From a virus (Duplodnaviria > Caudoviricetes), in the IMG/VR virus record IMGVR_UViG_3300046839_000055, positions 94,224-158,223 of that record: a stretch of 64,000 nucleotides of DNA; one strand, 5' to 3'. Under the pieces are notes generated by a model. That model was not told where the DNA came from. It did no database searches and saw nothing but the letters and a program-made list of their open reading frames with translations. Below, piece by piece: positions 1-8,473 of the stretch; positions within the stretch are counted from its first letter, which is position 1; each line of letters starts with the position of its first letter. The position numbers and the translations under genes are program-made.

Positions 1-1838
1 CACATACGCTTTGCTGCAAGATCTTCATTCACCACCTCATATTCCTCGCCCGGCTTCAACTTCATCTGCCGGTTCAGGAACTTCTCAATGTCAAACAGGT
101 TCTTCTTGTCGCAGTCCCCGGTCAGGTAATAGTTCGGATGCTTCGTCAGATCATACTTGGATGATAGGAATGGCCGGACACCTCTGAGCTGCAAAATGCA
201 CTTGGATCCATCCAGCACCGCGAGTTCATCAACGGACAGAAGATCATGCCCAAGCTTCTGATAGTTCAGACTGTGGGACAGTTCCCGTCCCCGGTTCTCT
301 CCGGTGTTGTAGGTATCGATCGTCTCTTTGCCGAGCGCCTGATTCAGCTCCTTTAGTGTTGTTGGTTCCGTGCCGCCAAGGAAGATCCGCGAATCCATGT
401 TGCCGATGATCGTATCTGCGTTGTCCTTGTAGATCGCCTTGAGCTGCGACTGCGCCTGCAGCACCAGACAGGCAGAGATCTCACGGCTGCGGATCGTTGC
501 AACCAGCTTTTCCAGATTCGGGATCTGACCGATGTTGGCAGCCTCATCAATGAGACACCGCACATGCACCGGCAGGCGTCCTCCGTAGACATCATCCGCC
601 TTCTCACAGAGCAGGTTGAACATCTGCGTGTAGATCATAGCGATCAGAAAGTTAAATGTGGCATCGGTATCCGACATGATCAGAAAGAGCGCCGTCTTCC
701 GGTCTCCCAGCGTATCCAGCTCCAGTTCATCGTACATGGTGATATCCCGGACTTCCTGAATGTCAAATGGAGCAAGTCTTGCGCCGCAGCTCACAAGTAT
801 ACTTTTCAGGGTCTTGCCGGCAGCCATCTTGAACTTCACATACTGTCTTATCGCAAAATGATTGGGATTCTTCTCTTTCAGCCGCTCAAAAAGGATATCC
901 ACCGGGTTCTGGTACTCTTCATCATCTTCCCGGACATCCATCGAATTGAGCATCTCCAGAAGTGTCGCAAAGTTCTGTTCTTCTTCCGGTGCCTCGTAAT
1001 GAATGTATCCGATCAGCGCCGTGTAGAGCAGCGTCTCCGCCTTGGTCCAGAACTCATCCCCGGCTTTTCCTTCTCCTTTCGTATTGGCGATGAGCGCTGT
1101 AACGAGCTTCAGGATGTCCTTCTCCGAGTGAATATAGGCAAAGGGATTGTATTTCATCGATTTCCTGAAATTGATCGTATTGAAGACCTTGATGACATAC
1201 GGTTCCCGGATCACCATGCCCTTCTTATCCTTCAGGGGATTGCCTTTCTCATCCAATTTTGGAGCACCGTGCAGAAGTGCATTCCCGCATTCTACCAAAA
1301 CACTGCCTTTTGGATCTGTGATCACATAAGAGCTATGCATCTGGAGAAGATTCGGCTTCAGCCAGAACCTTGTCTTACCGCTGCCAGAACCGCCAACGAT
1401 CAGGACGTTCTTGTTCCGGGCATTACCGGGATTCTTCGGGCGATTGCTCATCATGAGCAGCTCTGTTTTCGTCAGAATCACGTTGTTCTGGAAAACCGGA
1501 TCTTCAAACGGTGCAATATCCTGATGCGTTCCCCATCTTGCCGAGCCATATTCTGTATTGTGACGGTACTTCTTCGCGTTCTTGCCCCTCATATAGACGG
1601 CAAACCGGAACAGGCAGGCACAGCAGAGACCAATCAAAAGATCAAGCGAATGCACGCTGGGAAGTGGATTTTCAAATGCCATTCCAAGCGTTGTCATCAA
1701 TGACGCTGCCTTTTCAGATGCATCCGCTCCCTCCGCAAGCCGCCAAGCTTCTCCGAAGTTGGTACAGACGAGTCCAAAGATGAGATAGGGAATGCTCAGA
1801 ATCAGTTTTTTCCTGCGGTCACCAGCGTTCAATTCCAT
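1..1838 (-). CDS. virD4: VirD4/TraG type IV coupling protein (stop codon just outside window)
   Basis: Missing from the ORF track because no stop lies in the window. Manual translation from ATG 1838 (RBS GGAGG): MELNAGDRRKKLILSIPYL...; Walker A GGSGSGKT, DEAANIGQ, ATIRSREIS, LQLRGVRPF. Confidence 0.92.
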   Translation of the reverse strand, partial: MELNAGDRRKKLILSIPYLIFGLVCTNFGEAWRLAEGADASEKAASLMTTLGMAFENPLPSVHSLDLLIGLCCACLFRFAVYMRGKNAKKYRHNTEYGSARWGTHQDIAPFEDPVFQNNVILTKTELLMMSNRPKNPGNARNKNVLIVGGSGSGKTRFWLKPNLLQMHSSYVITDPKGSVLVECGNALLHGAPKLDEKGNPLKDKKGMVIREPYVIKVFNTINFRKSMKYNPFAYIHSEKDILKLVTALIANTKGEGKAGDEFWTKAETLLYTALIGYIHYEAPEEEQNFATLLEMLNSMDVREDDEEYQNPVDILFERLKEKNPNHFAIRQYVKFKMAAGKTLKSILVSCGARLAPFDIQEVRDITMYDELELDTLGDRKTALFLIMSDTDATFNFLIAMIYTQMFNLLCEKADDVYGGRLPVHVRCLIDEAANIGQIPNLEKLVATIRSREISACLVLQAQSQLKAIYKDNADTIIGNMDSRIFLGGTEPTTLKELNQALGKETIDTYNTGENRGRELSHSLNYQKLGHDLLSVDELAVLDGSKCILQLRGVRPFLSSKYDLTKHPNYYLTGDCDKKNLFDIEKFLNRQMKLKPGEEYEVVNEDLAAKRM

Positions 1839-1853
1839 TCGCCTCCTTCCTGC

Positions 1854-2342
1854 TCACAGGGAATGCTCCTGTTCCTTGTTTCTCACCTTGTTCGGAATCG
1901 CCGCAGCGATTGCCTTCAGCTTCGACAGTTGCTTCAGCAGAGATGGCCTCTCCTTCCGGCGCAGCTGCTTCTGCGTATAATCCTCTACAATCGCTGTCAG
2001 CGCATCGGCGTCCTTAGCCTTAAAGAATATTGTGTACTTCGGAGGAATCTGGTTTTTATCCTTGGTCACAGCAAAATCTACGCCGTACTTTCTTGCTGAC
2101 CGCTCAAAATCCCGGATCCGGCTGTCATCCAGCGGGATAGAGCTGACTCCCTGTTCCTTGCCGATCAGTTCCTTCACCGTCATCTTGCCATGCGGTCCTT
2201 CGGCATTCTTTGCCAGTTTCTGACTCTTCGCCTTTGCCCTGTGATTCAGATAGGTTCTGATTCCTGCAATGATGGTATGTCCTGCCAAACGAGTCGTCGT
2301 GATCGCAAGGTTAATGGTCCTGTTTTCGATCTCTTCCTGCAC
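1854..2342 (-). CDS. PcfB/DUF3801-family conjugation protein
   Basis: GKMTVKEL, FERSARKYGVDFAV, FFKAKDADAL motifs; immediately upstream of virD4; GTG start at 2342 after GGGGAGGGG. Confidence 0.85.
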   Translation of the reverse strand: MQEEIENRTINLAITTTRLAGHTIIAGIRTYLNHRAKAKSQKLAKNAEGPHGKMTVKELIGKEQGVSSIPLDDSRIRDFERSARKYGVDFAVTKDKNQIPPKYTIFFKAKDADALTAIVEDYTQKQLRRKERPSLLKQLSKLKAIAAAIPNKVRNKEQEHSL

Positions 2343-2690
2343 TCTGATCACCCCTCCCCGCACGACTGCTTTCCTTCCTGCTCAACAGCAATGCATACTG
2401 ATGGAGCCTTGCCCTGTTTCTGATTCTGCTTAGTTCCTCAGCGTACATCTGCAGATGTCTTTTCATATGTCCTCTTCGTCCTCCTCAAACTCCTGCAGCA
2501 TTCGTATTTTGCTGCACAGCTCATCTCCGACATACAGGGAAAAGCTGGCTGTATGCGATCATAAGCTCCTCAAAATCATCCGTCATCTGCTCTAAGAGTT
2601 CTGCGCACCGCTCGACCGCATCGCGCCTTGCTTCGGCTGCCCTGCTTCTGTTCTGGAAAAACTCTGATGTTTTCACCTACATCTCCTCCT

Positions 2691-3500
2691 TCACAATTCC
2701 ATTTCGCTTTTATTTCGTACTGCCTTCTCCGCCGATGCCTTTAGGGCCGTCTTGTTCGAAGACAGCTCTGTGAGAACGGAGTGTCTGTCTTCCTTCTCGT
2801 GGAGCTTACGTTCCTGGAACTTTTCTCCAATCTCCAGCTTCCGTTGTGTAGCGTCGAAGTGATAAACGTTATCCGAAAGAAAATCTTCATGGGAAACCTC
2901 GGACCGGTTCACGGAACGGACGATCTCCTCCATATCCTCCAGCGCAATAGAACCGTCATCTTTAAGAAGCAGTACCTCATGAACCGATGAAGGAATCACA
3001 TAGAAATCACCGCCAAGCTCCTGTGCTGCCTTCTCCATAAAATGGGGATAGAGGATGACGCCTGCACCATTAGCCATGTCCGGCATGGATGCGACGTAGA
3101 GTTCTGCCGCAGTCCCTTCCTCAACGACGAGAAAGGAACTGAGCTTCGCCATGCCTGCAGGATAGTTTCTCTCCGATGCAGCAATGGCATCTTTCATGAA
3201 TTGTTCTCTGTCAATTTCCATTGCATTAAGGGCATTAGCCGTAACAACAAGATTCTTGGTTATCCCTTCGCTCTGCGGCACGAATGCATGTACGATCACG
3301 GAGAGATCTTCAACCTCCTTATGGACTGCGGTCTTCAGTAATTCTCTATGTGCTTCCGTCGGTACAAGTGCTATCCGAAGCTGACTCATCAAGCGGCTAT
3401 ATTGTTCTTCACTAACCACTCTTTGCGATGCATTCATTTCTCCGCTATTAGCGCTGATTGTCTGATCTTCGCTATAATTCTTCATATCTTTTGCCTTCAT
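2691..3500 (-). CDS. DUF5688-family protein
   Basis: C-terminal GAGVILYP...GGDFYVIPSSVHEVLL...FLSDNVYHFD signature. Confidence 0.7.
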   Translation of the reverse strand: MKAKDMKNYSEDQTISANSGEMNASQRVVSEEQYSRLMSQLRIALVPTEAHRELLKTAVHKEVEDLSVIVHAFVPQSEGITKNLVVTANALNAMEIDREQFMKDAIAASERNYPAGMAKLSSFLVVEEGTAAELYVASMPDMANGAGVILYPHFMEKAAQELGGDFYVIPSSVHEVLLLKDDGSIALEDMEEIVRSVNRSEVSHEDFLSDNVYHFDATQRKLEIGEKFQERKLHEKEDRHSVLTELSSNKTALKASAEKAVRNKSEMEL

Positions 3501-3566
3501 TCATTTTTTCCTTTAAAAAAGACGCCTCACCCTGAAGGTAAAGCGTCTGTACTAAAAAGTGATGTA

Positions 3567-4508
3567 TTATCGCTCCATGCTGCGATCTCGTTTTTTCATC
3601 CACTGATCCAGCAGTTTGAAAATCGTGTCCTCCATTTGCCTTGGCGTGTAGGATTTCGGAAAATATTTCCGAATCTCACTTCCATTTAGAACCAAACGAT
3701 CCGCAGGATTCTTTTTTTCCTCATCCATCACACTGCGCATGGTGGCCAGGGTGCATTTTCCTTCCTGGCTTGCCTTCTTCAGCCTCTGTGCCTGAGAGAG
3801 CGATGGTGAGGTCTGTGCTTCCTCCATCGCCTGCACAAACTCCCTCTGCTCTTCCTTTGGCAGGTAGGAAAGCTCAACGGCAGGATTGAAAGCAATCTTT
3901 TTGTCATCGACCAGATCCAGAATCTCCGGGATCAGGTTGTTCAGGCGCATATAGCGCTGAACCTGACGCCCGCTTTCCCCTGTTTCTTTTCCAATCGCAT
4001 CCGCAACTTTTAACTTGTCGACAACTTGTCGACAAGTTCCATCCTCACCTTTCTGAAGATCCTTCCGCTCTCCCTGATGTTTCAACGCCTCCATCTTCAT
4101 CTGGTAGGCTTTAGCCCGCTCGCTTGGAAGAATATGTTCTCGCTGGAGGTTGGAATCCACCATGAGAATCGTTGCGGTGTCATCATCCATCTCCCTGATG
4201 ATCACCGGCATGGTCTCTTTCCCGGCAAGCATGGATGCATACCTTCTGCGATGACCGGAGATCATTTCATACTCACCGTTCTCCATTGGCCGTACAATCG
4301 CCGGGACTAGAACACCGTATTCCCGGATACTGTCTGCTGTCTTGCGCATGTCCTCATCGTCAGTCACCTTGAACGGATGATTTTTGAACGGATGGATCTT
4401 CTCCAGATTCATCATAATGACATGCTCGCCTGTATCATTTCTGGCTTCATCGGTCTTGAAGATGTCATCGTAGCTGTTCAAGCTGATGTTTGCGCCTTTT
4501 CTCGGCAT
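3567..4508 (-). CDS. parB: ParB/Spo0J partition protein
   Basis: SIREYGVLVPAIVRP, ISGHRRRYA (arginine patch), DSNLQRE, HTH; follows parA. Confidence 0.92.
   Translation of the reverse strand: MPRKGANISLNSYDDIFKTDEARNDTGEHVIMMNLEKIHPFKNHPFKVTDDEDMRKTADSIREYGVLVPAIVRPMENGEYEMISGHRRRYASMLAGKETMPVIIREMDDDTATILMVDSNLQREHILPSERAKAYQMKMEALKHQGERKDLQKGEDGTCRQVVDKLKVADAIGKETGESGRQVQRYMRLNNLIPEILDLVDDKKIAFNPAVELSYLPKEEQREFVQAMEEAQTSPSLSQAQRLKKASQEGKCTLATMRSVMDEEKKNPADRLVLNGSEIRKYFPKSYTPRQMEDTIFKLLDQWMKKRDRSMER
4012..4038. repeat. 16-bp perfect palindrome plus overlapping 1-mismatch copy inside parB (candidate parS)
   Basis: AACTTGTCGACAAGTT at 4023-4038; AACTTGTCGACAACTT at 4012-4027. Confidence 0.45.
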
Positions 4509-5316
4509 TTCTCAGTACCTCCTTTATCGTCTCCTGATAGGCTTCCGCTACCTTGCCCTTGGGATCATAGGCAAATATGCTTTTTCCTTCTGCACTGATC
4601 TCCGCAGCCCGGATGGAACGCGGAATCTCAGAATTAAAGATTCGGATTTTGGATCCATAGGTTGCCCGGATCAGGCTGCTGATGTCCTTTGCGTAATTCG
4701 TCCTGCCATCCACCATCGTCAGAAGAATCCCCTCGATCCGCAGCTTCGGATTGATCTGTCTTTTTACCTTGTTGATCGTCTGCAGAAGCTGCTCAAGGCC
4801 CTTGGCAGACAGGTAGTTGGCCTGTACCGGGATCAGTGCAGAATCCGCAGCGACGAGCGAATTCACTGTCAGCATCCCCAGACTCGGCATGCAGTCCAGC
4901 AGCACATAGTCGTATCTGCCCTTGATCGGTTCAAGAAACTGTTTCAAAACCCTCTCCCGGTTCATCGCATTGACCAGAGCCACCTCCAGTCCTGCCATCG
5001 CAATGTTGGATGGGATCAGGTCTACTCCTTCCTGCTGGTGAAGAATGCCCTTTGATATGTCTACGTAGTTGTCATTGATCAGCGACGCAAGCATATCGGC
5101 CAATGTCATCTCCAGATCATCCGGCTTCGGATAGCCGAGACAGATCGTCAGCGATGCCTGCGGATCAACATCCACAAGCAGCACCTTCTTCCCGCATCTG
5201 GCAAGTCCGATCCCGAGATTCTCCACCGTTGTAGTTTTTGCTGTGCCACCCTTCTGATTGACGACAGCCATTACTGTAGTTTTGTCTTTCATCTGCCTTT
5301 CTCGCTTTCTTATCAC
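4465..5316 (-). CDS. parA: ParA/Soj ATPase (start may be ATG 5292)
   Basis: Deviant Walker A NQKGGTAKTTT, DVDPQASLT, DCMPSLG. Confidence 0.93.
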   Translation of the reverse strand: MIRKRERQMKDKTTVMAVVNQKGGTAKTTTVENLGIGLARCGKKVLLVDVDPQASLTICLGYPKPDDLEMTLADMLASLINDNYVDISKGILHQQEGVDLIPSNIAMAGLEVALVNAMNRERVLKQFLEPIKGRYDYVLLDCMPSLGMLTVNSLVAADSALIPVQANYLSAKGLEQLLQTINKVKRQINPKLRIEGILLTMVDGRTNYAKDISSLIRATYGSKIRIFNSEIPRSIRAAEISAEGKSIFAYDPKGKVAEAYQETIKEVLRNAEKRRKHQLEQLR

Positions 5317-6311
5317 GTCCCGTACAAATCGTGATTGACCTGTGCCCGGTAGTAGTGGTCAATCGTCAGCGGTGCGTTATACAGCATCGTCAGCATATAT
5401 GCCCTGATATTGCGGATATCTGAGGTCTGATCACGAAAGCAGTTCAAAATGTATTCCATGTGACTGTAATCCAGCTTCATGATCTGGCTTTTTACCAAAG
5501 CTGCCGGCTTATCCTCCCGGTTCACCCGGATTACAGGACTGGTACTGCACATGATGTCCACGCACATATCTAGTAGCTCGTCCACGGTCTGCGTCTCAAA
5601 CTGACGATTCTGCTTCAGACTTTCAATTTCCAGCTTTTCCCGGAAGTAATCCTGATATTCCTTTCTCGTTTGCAAAGAATCATGTGATATCCCATCGATC
5701 TCATCGTTTCCTGTTCCGTATTGCTCCAGAGGTTCTTCGCGCGGGGTAGTATCTGGATAGATAGGATTGATAGGATTCATATTATTAATTTCAGTCTGGT
5801 TATTATCAGTCTTATTAGTGTGTGATTCGCACACTTCCAGAGATGTGATATTCACACCCGCAGAAATGTGATTTTCACACTTCTGGACCTCCTCATTTGC
5901 TTCAGAAGTGTGATTTTCACACTTCTTGAAATGTGATTCTGAAGTATGGTCTGAACTTCCTGTGGAAAACTTCAGAACATAGGTCAGAGACGGCTTTCCA
6001 AGTCCCTGCCGCTTGCGTCTGATCAGTCCTGCCTTTTTCTCCAGCTCACTCAGCAGCTTCACCGCTTTCTGGTTACCGCACTGCAGATCGCTCATGATGT
6101 CTTCCACTGTGTAAATGATGTATGCTCTGTTCTGATCATCAAACCATCCATTTTTCATCGACAGGGACAGGCGATCCAGCATCAGCCCGTATAAAAGTTT
6201 TGCTTCAACGGAAACTTCGCGGAATTCTTCGCCGGTGATCAATGTCTTCGGAATCCGGTAGAACAGAAACTGTTCCGCATCTTCCTGTCCGTAGAAATAA
6301 TCGAATGCCAT
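5313..6311 (-). CDS. repA: RepA_N-family replication initiator with DUF6017-like C-terminus
   Basis: FYRIPKTL, EAKLLYGLMLDRLSLS..NGW.D, RQGLGKP; C-terminal IRNIRAYMLTMLYNAP. Confidence 0.9.
   Translation of the reverse strand: MAFDYFYGQEDAEQFLFYRIPKTLITGEEFREVSVEAKLLYGLMLDRLSLSMKNGWFDDQNRAYIIYTVEDIMSDLQCGNQKAVKLLSELEKKAGLIRRKRQGLGKPSLTYVLKFSTGSSDHTSESHFKKCENHTSEANEEVQKCENHISAGVNITSLEVCESHTNKTDNNQTEINNMNPINPIYPDTTPREEPLEQYGTGNDEIDGISHDSLQTRKEYQDYFREKLEIESLKQNRQFETQTVDELLDMCVDIMCSTSPVIRVNREDKPAALVKSQIMKLDYSHMEYILNCFRDQTSDIRNIRAYMLTMLYNAPLTIDHYYRAQVNHDLYGT
5819..5938. repeat. Iteron-like repeats in centre of repA (candidate oriV)
   Basis: TGTGAnnnnCACAC units at ~5821, 5844, 5867 and 5909; perfect IR AGAAGTGTGA-TTT-TCACACTTCT at 5904-5926. 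Confidence 0.7.
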
Positions 6312-6558
6312 CGTCTTTCCCTCCTTTCCTGAATTTCTGCAAAGAAAAAGGACGCCAATCTACTGGAAATGCCAGTAAACTAACGTCCTCTAATGACTAT
6401 GTATATTTGTCTGTTCTGAATCTGGTTTTACATTGCTACTGTAACGAGGTCTAAAGCTATCACCACTGTGATGTACTTTTCCACCCGTTTTCCGCGGTCA
6501 GACCAAGCCGTTTTGTCGAAGGTGAAATGTTCGAAAAAGTGCTTGAATTCAGCGATTT

Positions 6559-6627
6559 CTACGAGTTTGTGCGTGATAGCAACACAATGGTCTCCACGTG
6601 GCTCGATTGCTCCAGATTGATGTCAAG
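6559..6627 (-). other. Hybrid att site containing a displaced rumA/rlmD 3' end
   Basis: 6600->6559 reads CAC GTG GAG ACC ATT GTG TTG CTA TCA CGC ACA AAC TCG TAG = HVETIVLLSRTNS*, the RumA C-terminal motif; other arm carries TTGATGTCAAG (6617-6627); palindromic core CACGTG. Confidence 0.8.
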
Positions 6628-6850
6628 TATGTAGCCAAATTCGCGTTCGTTCGCGGGAATTTATCAAAGAGTGTTTTTGCCGTAAAACACACCGATTTTT
6701 ACCCCTGTACGTTCTCGGAAACAGGTCAAAGACCTTGCTCCTACCTATATTATGCAAATCCACAGATTTGCCGACCGCTTCAAGACTTCGCTCCGAGGGA
6801 ACAAGTCCGAAATCCCATCGCCTCAACTCTAATCTTCCGTTCCCGAATGT

Positions 6851-8047
6851 TCAGAATGGAAGTGCTGCTCGCTTTAAAAAAGTATCATCATCTGATACAG
6901 ATACAGTTTGCAAGTCAAAGAAAGGATTCGCATGATAAAATTTTCCAGTTCCGTCCTGCATAGACTTAATCATTGCTATCTGAGGATCGGCTGTAGAAGT
7001 ATCCTTGATATATTTCCTATACTTTACTATGTTATCTTTTCCTACCGTATCATCGGCTGTTGCAACATATCTACCTACAGCAGTTTTATAATCATCCGCT
7101 GAAGTGATAAGTATCGATGTAAAAGGACAATCCGCTGCTTTTATTTCACCTTCATTATTTCTTAGGAGAAGTACATAAATCTCATTGGGCATTGCATCGA
7201 AATGTTGTTGTGAAACAATATATGGTAATGAGAAGGATGATAGCTCGCTATCCTTCATATACTGCTGATAAACTTTGATGCCATCATGATAACGTCCCGA
7301 AACATGGAGGTCATTCTTAAACTCCGCAGAAAAAAACGTAAGAAATTCTATATAGCTATCCTCCGTGAATTTTATCGCTTGCTGCATCTTATCTTTAAGA
7401 TCGGCCTTTTCATGCTGCTCACCGTTTCTGAGAAAAGCTCCCATGTTCATCTTGTTCTCGCAGCCAAACAATCCTATCGAAATCTGATTATTTATAAAGG
7501 CTGTATGCTTCACACGATTACATACAGCATCAATATACTTGAATTCATCATCGCTATCAGTCTTTGAAAACCATGCTGATGTAAGCGGAAATTCTCCAGA
7601 GTACGTTTGCTGTTGAAATCTATCCTTCATTGCCGGGAAGTCTGTTTTGTCTACTTTCTTCCCTTTATTAGCCAACAATCCAGCGTTTGCAATTTGTCCG
7701 ATACTATCAAAACTATTTCTAAGATACTGATAAAAATCCCGTATTAGTTTCTGTATCAAGAAAAAACCATCGACATCATTGCCTGCGATATCTATTAAAA
7801 AGTCTGGTAGATCCGCATCAGTTATAGCAACACTCTTGTGGTTTATTATTTTCTCTGATATTTCCTCGTTGTTCTTATGTGCATCTTCAGTCATTTTTGC
7901 AGAAATCGCTGTGATGGTGTCCAGACAATACTGTGCTACCCTTATATTTGCATTCGTATTTTCAATAAATTGCCAAGCCGTATAAACTTTGTGCTCAGCA
8001 AGTTCTTTTTTTAACACATTAAAATCCATTGTCAGACATCCTCTCAC
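6851..8047 (-). CDS. Hypothetical protein, possible HEPN-like (Cthe_2314-like) N-terminal domain
   Basis: 398-aa AT-rich ORF at the end of the defence cluster; FYQYLRNSFDSIGQIAN and YIDAVCNRVKH loosely resemble HEPN helices/RxxxxH. Confidence 0.45.
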   Translation of the reverse strand: MRGCLTMDFNVLKKELAEHKVYTAWQFIENTNANIRVAQYCLDTITAISAKMTEDAHKNNEEISEKIINHKSVAITDADLPDFLIDIAGNDVDGFFLIQKLIRDFYQYLRNSFDSIGQIANAGLLANKGKKVDKTDFPAMKDRFQQQTYSGEFPLTSAWFSKTDSDDEFKYIDAVCNRVKHTAFINNQISIGLFGCENKMNMGAFLRNGEQHEKADLKDKMQQAIKFTEDSYIEFLTFFSAEFKNDLHVSGRYHDGIKVYQQYMKDSELSSFSLPYIVSQQHFDAMPNEIYVLLLRNNEGEIKAADCPFTSILITSADDYKTAVGRYVATADDTVGKDNIVKYRKYIKDTSTADPQIAMIKSMQDGTGKFYHANPFFDLQTVSVSDDDTFLKRAALPF

Positions 8048-8454
8048 TCAATCCGCTTCAACAGTTCCTTTGGCGACAGTTTCCAGAGCCCTCTCTCTTG
8101 CCGGAGTAAGTCTACCGTGCCATGATTGATGATATAATCCTGAGCCTCCTGCTGCGATAATCCTTCCGTGCTCATAAGATAAGACTCCAGTTCGCGGCAT
8201 GGGTAATTAATCGTTCTCTCAATTCTGATCTGTTCCTGAGCTTCATTTTCTCTAAGGCCATAGTACTTCTGGAGAAGACGAACTATTTCAGCGTCTTTTG
8301 TTTTAGATTCATAAAGTGCCGCCGTCAAAATCGATATCCCAGCTTCTCGCTCCTGCTGCGCTGTCTCATCGTCATGCCTCAAAACCGCTTCTCGCGTAGT
8401 GTCGAGCAAAAAGTATCCAGCACCTGCCAGAAAATCCGTAAAATTTCGTCCCAT
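8044..8454 (-). CDS. Hypothetical protein (small, helical)
   Basis: 136-aa ORF whose stop overlaps the start of the next ORF; no recognisable motif. Confidence 0.65.
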   Translation of the reverse strand: MGRNFTDFLAGAGYFLLDTTREAVLRHDDETAQQEREAGISILTAALYESKTKDAEIVRLLQKYYGLRENEAQEQIRIERTINYPCRELESYLMSTEGLSQQEAQDYIINHGTVDLLRQERGLWKLSPKELLKRIE

Positions 8455-8473
8455 ATATGCTCACCCGCTTTCT

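Larger units (their letters stand above)
1..6600 (-). mobile_element. Conjugative element (ICE) end: repA-parA-parB-DUF5688-pcfB-virD4, continues beyond left edge
   Basis: Co-directional gene order typical of clostridial Tn1549-like ICEs; bounded on the right by a rumA-derived att sequence. Confidence 0.85.

Noticed and set aside
353-1703. ORFs 353..607 (-) and 564..1703 (+)
   Set aside because: Off-frame and antisense shadows of virD4, which the track missed because its stop is outside the window
2462-2676. Possible ~51-aa minus-strand ORF or frameshifted small gene between DUF5688 and pcfB
   Set aside because: Has an RBS-like AGGAGG but is short with no recognisable motif; cannot support a call
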